From the IMG/VR virus record IMGVR_UViG_3300020175_000037, positions 1 to 27,325 of that record: 27,325 nucleotides of DNA, one strand, 5' to 3'. Source of the DNA: a virus (Duplodnaviria > Caudoviricetes). Below are positions 25,120-27,325 of the stretch, one piece after another (the stretch's first letter is position 1; each line of letters opens with the position of its first letter). A program made the translations under genes and the position numbers. A model generated the notes under the pieces. That model was given only the letters and a program-made list of their open reading frames with translations, did no database searches and was not told where the DNA came from.

Positions 25120-27325
25120 ATGGCTATTATAAAATCATTTGCACCTTTTCAAAACTTAACTAACTTTCAAGTATTTGAAAATGATACATCAGCAAATTCT
25201 GAATACTTTAGAATTACAGAATTAACAGAAACATTTACTGGTGGTAAGAATGGATTTCTTATTGAAGGTTCAGAACATCTAAAAGAAACAACTGAAGTTA
25301 AAATAGAAATACTTGATGTACAAGGAAATCCAATTTACTTTGAACCTGGTAATGGTATACCTGAATATTATGAAGGATTATCAAAGCCGATTTCAATTCA
25401 TGTTTATGATGATACTCCAATTGGTATTGGTAAAGTTACTATACTTGGTGAGTTAAAAACATATATTAATGATTTAGGTGCAGTAGTTGATGTTCCTGAA
25501 GAATGGAAGGGTGTATATAATGTTAAGTGGGAAAGAGATGTTCAGATTAATAAAAACATTTCAAATGAATCAACTGTAAGATTTTATAAAAGACCTCTTG
25601 TAGCAATAGGTGAGATTGTAAAACCAATATTTAGTAAAATAATAAATGATTCTGAAGATACAGGTAGTATAAATGGATTTCCCCTACAACCACCAGTTGG
25701 ACAAACATTATCAGAATGGGGTGCAGGAACAAATTATTTATTACAAAGAACTTCAGGTACATTTGATGTTGATGTTGATGAAAATGTAATCACAATCACA
25801 TCTGGTTCAAGTACTAACATAGTGCATACTGCAACAATCGTAGAGGTTTTAAATGATACAGATTTAATAATTGATAAACCATTTGTTGATTCAAATGGAA
25901 AGGTAGCAAACTTTTCAAGTTTTACAGGTTCAGTCGCATATCAAGATATAACAAATGAAACAATAGGTGAAACTTCAATTACAGGTTCATTTGCAAAAAT
26001 TGATATCACACAACTAAAAACATTTATTGGAGATGTTGCACGAGTAAAAATATTTAGAAAATCAAGAAATGCAGTTGGTGATTTCCAATTTGTACAAGAA
26101 GCAAAACTAGAATCACAAGAATTATTAAAAGATGTAACAACTGCAGAAGATACAGAAGTATTTTTCGGAAAGTTTACAAATGATGTTTTATCAAACTATT
26201 GGATTAGTTCATCTAATGACCATCCAATATCAACTGATTCATCAATCTTATCAAGAGCGGCTCGTATAGATTATAATAATAGTGCTGGAGGTACTCAACA
26301 ATTAATTACATCTCAATCTATAAATGTATCAAAGGATGTTGAATATACTTTAGAATTTAAAACCCTTATAAGTGGTTCAATTAGTACAGATAAAAGTATA
26401 AGAGCATTTTTCAGTTCTTCAGATTTTACACAAGATTTTTTAACAGTAAGTGGTTCAACTTCATTTAATTCAAAACAAGATATATCACAAAATATAATAT
26501 CACAAAATAGTGGTAGTGCTAAATTAGTAATTGAAGCTAGTGGTGATGATTGGTATATTTCAAATGTATCTTTGAGAAACGCACAAGATACTTCGTTCTC
26601 ACCAGATGAATTTACAATTATACAAGATATACCAAGAAAAACTGCAAGTGAAACATTTGATTTTAAATTTGAGTTTTATGATGTAAACAATAATTTTATA
26701 CCTGTTGATGTAACTGCAACAAAAGAATTTGATGGTGGTAATGATTTTCCTACAAGTGGTAAACTTTTCACTTTTGAATCAGATAGAAACGCATTTAGAT
26801 TTTCAAGTGGTTCAATTGGTAATCCACCATTTCAACAACTACAATTTAAAACATCACAACAAAACCTAACAGGTTCAGTTACATATGCATCAGCTGCATT
26901 TGATGAAGATGGGGTGTTTATAAATCCTTCTTCTTATACAGGTCAATATCCTGGTGCATTAACAAGTGTTACTCCTAATGGTGCTATTATTACAATATCA
27001 AACTTTAGTGGTAGTGATGATTCAATAGTAGTTGGTTCAATTGTTTATACTGCATCCTTACAAGATAATGAAGAATTTGAAACTGTATTTAGATTAGAGG
27101 ATGGTGATAACGCACCTCAACTTATAGTAACTTCTAATGCAAATCAATTTATATACGAACCAACAACTCTTTCACCAAAACCAAGTGGACAAAGTATTAC
27201 TGTAAGAGCACAGAGAAAAAACCTAGCATCTTTAGTTACTCCTATTGAAGTTAATAGTGGTAGTAATAACCCTGGTTTAACATTCATAGATACCGTAAAT
27301 GGTATAGATACCTATACAATTTCTG
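25120..27325 (+). CDS. Large beta-rich virion structural protein (tail fibre/baseplate-associated), 3'-truncated by window end
   Basis: Open frame from ATG 25120 (MAIIKSFAPFQNLTNFQVFENDTSANSEYFRITEL...) with no stop through 27325 (735 codons). S/T/G-rich, with the upstream motif and AGGA. Absent from the ORF track. Confidence 0.85.
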   Translation, partial: MAIIKSFAPFQNLTNFQVFENDTSANSEYFRITELTETFTGGKNGFLIEGSEHLKETTEVKIEILDVQGNPIYFEPGNGIPEYYEGLSKPISIHVYDDTPIGIGKVTILGELKTYINDLGAVVDVPEEWKGVYNVKWERDVQINKNISNESTVRFYKRPLVAIGEIVKPIFSKIINDSEDTGSINGFPLQPPVGQTLSEWGAGTNYLLQRTSGTFDVDVDENVITITSGSSTNIVHTATIVEVLNDTDLIIDKPFVDSNGKVANFSSFTGSVAYQDITNETIGETSITGSFAKIDITQLKTFIGDVARVKIFRKSRNAVGDFQFVQEAKLESQELLKDVTTAEDTEVFFGKFTNDVLSNYWISSSNDHPISTDSSILSRAARIDYNNSAGGTQQLITSQSINVSKDVEYTLEFKTLISGSISTDKSIRAFFSSSDFTQDFLTVSGSTSFNSKQDISQNIISQNSGSAKLVIEASGDDWYISNVSLRNAQDTSFSPDEFTIIQDIPRKTASETFDFKFEFYDVNNNFIPVDVTATKEFDGGNDFPTSGKLFTFESDRNAFRFSSGSIGNPPFQQLQFKTSQQNLTGSVTYASAAFDEDGVFINPSSYTGQYPGALTSVTPNGAIITISNFSGSDDSIVVGSIVYTASLQDNEEFETVFRLEDGDNAPQLIVTSNANQFIYEPTTLSPKPSGQSITVRAQRKNLASLVTPIEVNSGSNNPGLTFIDTVNGIDTYTIS

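Larger units (their letters stand above)
1..27325 (+). mobile_element. Segment of a large myovirus-type phage genome (baseplate module plus replication/recombination and sugar-modification genes)
   Basis: gp25-like and gp6/baseplate J-like genes lie together with a stand-alone primase and an Mre11-Rad50 gene. Genes are co-oriented and tightly packed, with no housekeeping genes, integrase or att site. Confidence 0.93.

Noticed and set aside
1-27325. Alternative genetic code (stop-codon reassignment) as in some large Bacteroidota phages
   Set aside because: Genes are full length and tightly packed under the standard bacterial code. TAG (797, 3271) and TGA (20418) serve as plausible stops adjacent to the next start.

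Overview
AT-rich (roughly 30% GC by eye), densely coded and almost entirely + strand segment of a large contractile-tailed (myovirus-type) phage genome. The host is most likely marine Bacteroidota/FCB, based on a TTG-N20-TAnnTTTG promoter and GCTD repeats. Positions 790-18203 hold a baseplate module: central spike, gp25-like, gp6/baseplate J-like, a DNRLRE-domain protein, a 1752-aa gp7-like wedge with PEGA/LamG-like parts, and paralogous wedge/fibre-attachment proteins. An enzyme block follows at 18430-24883: sulfotransferase, GIY-YIG nuclease, DnaG-type primase, single-chain Mre11-Rad50 fusion, RmlB and RmlC. The window ends with a 52-aa reverse-strand ribbon-helix-helix gene and a large structural gene running off the edge, both absent from the ORF track. 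Three signals stand out. (1) A recurrent ATATTTATAT late-promoter-like motif, the reverse complement of the T4 late promoter and one base from the host-type -7 element in front of the primase. (2) A strongly segregated [S/T]-[G/A]-S tripeptide in a subset of virion proteins beside sugar-nucleotide and sulfotransferase genes, suggesting a possible virion glycosylation/sulfation system. (3) The Mre11-Rad50 fusion with variant ATPase motifs. All product calls come from motif recognition by eye and all counts were made by hand.
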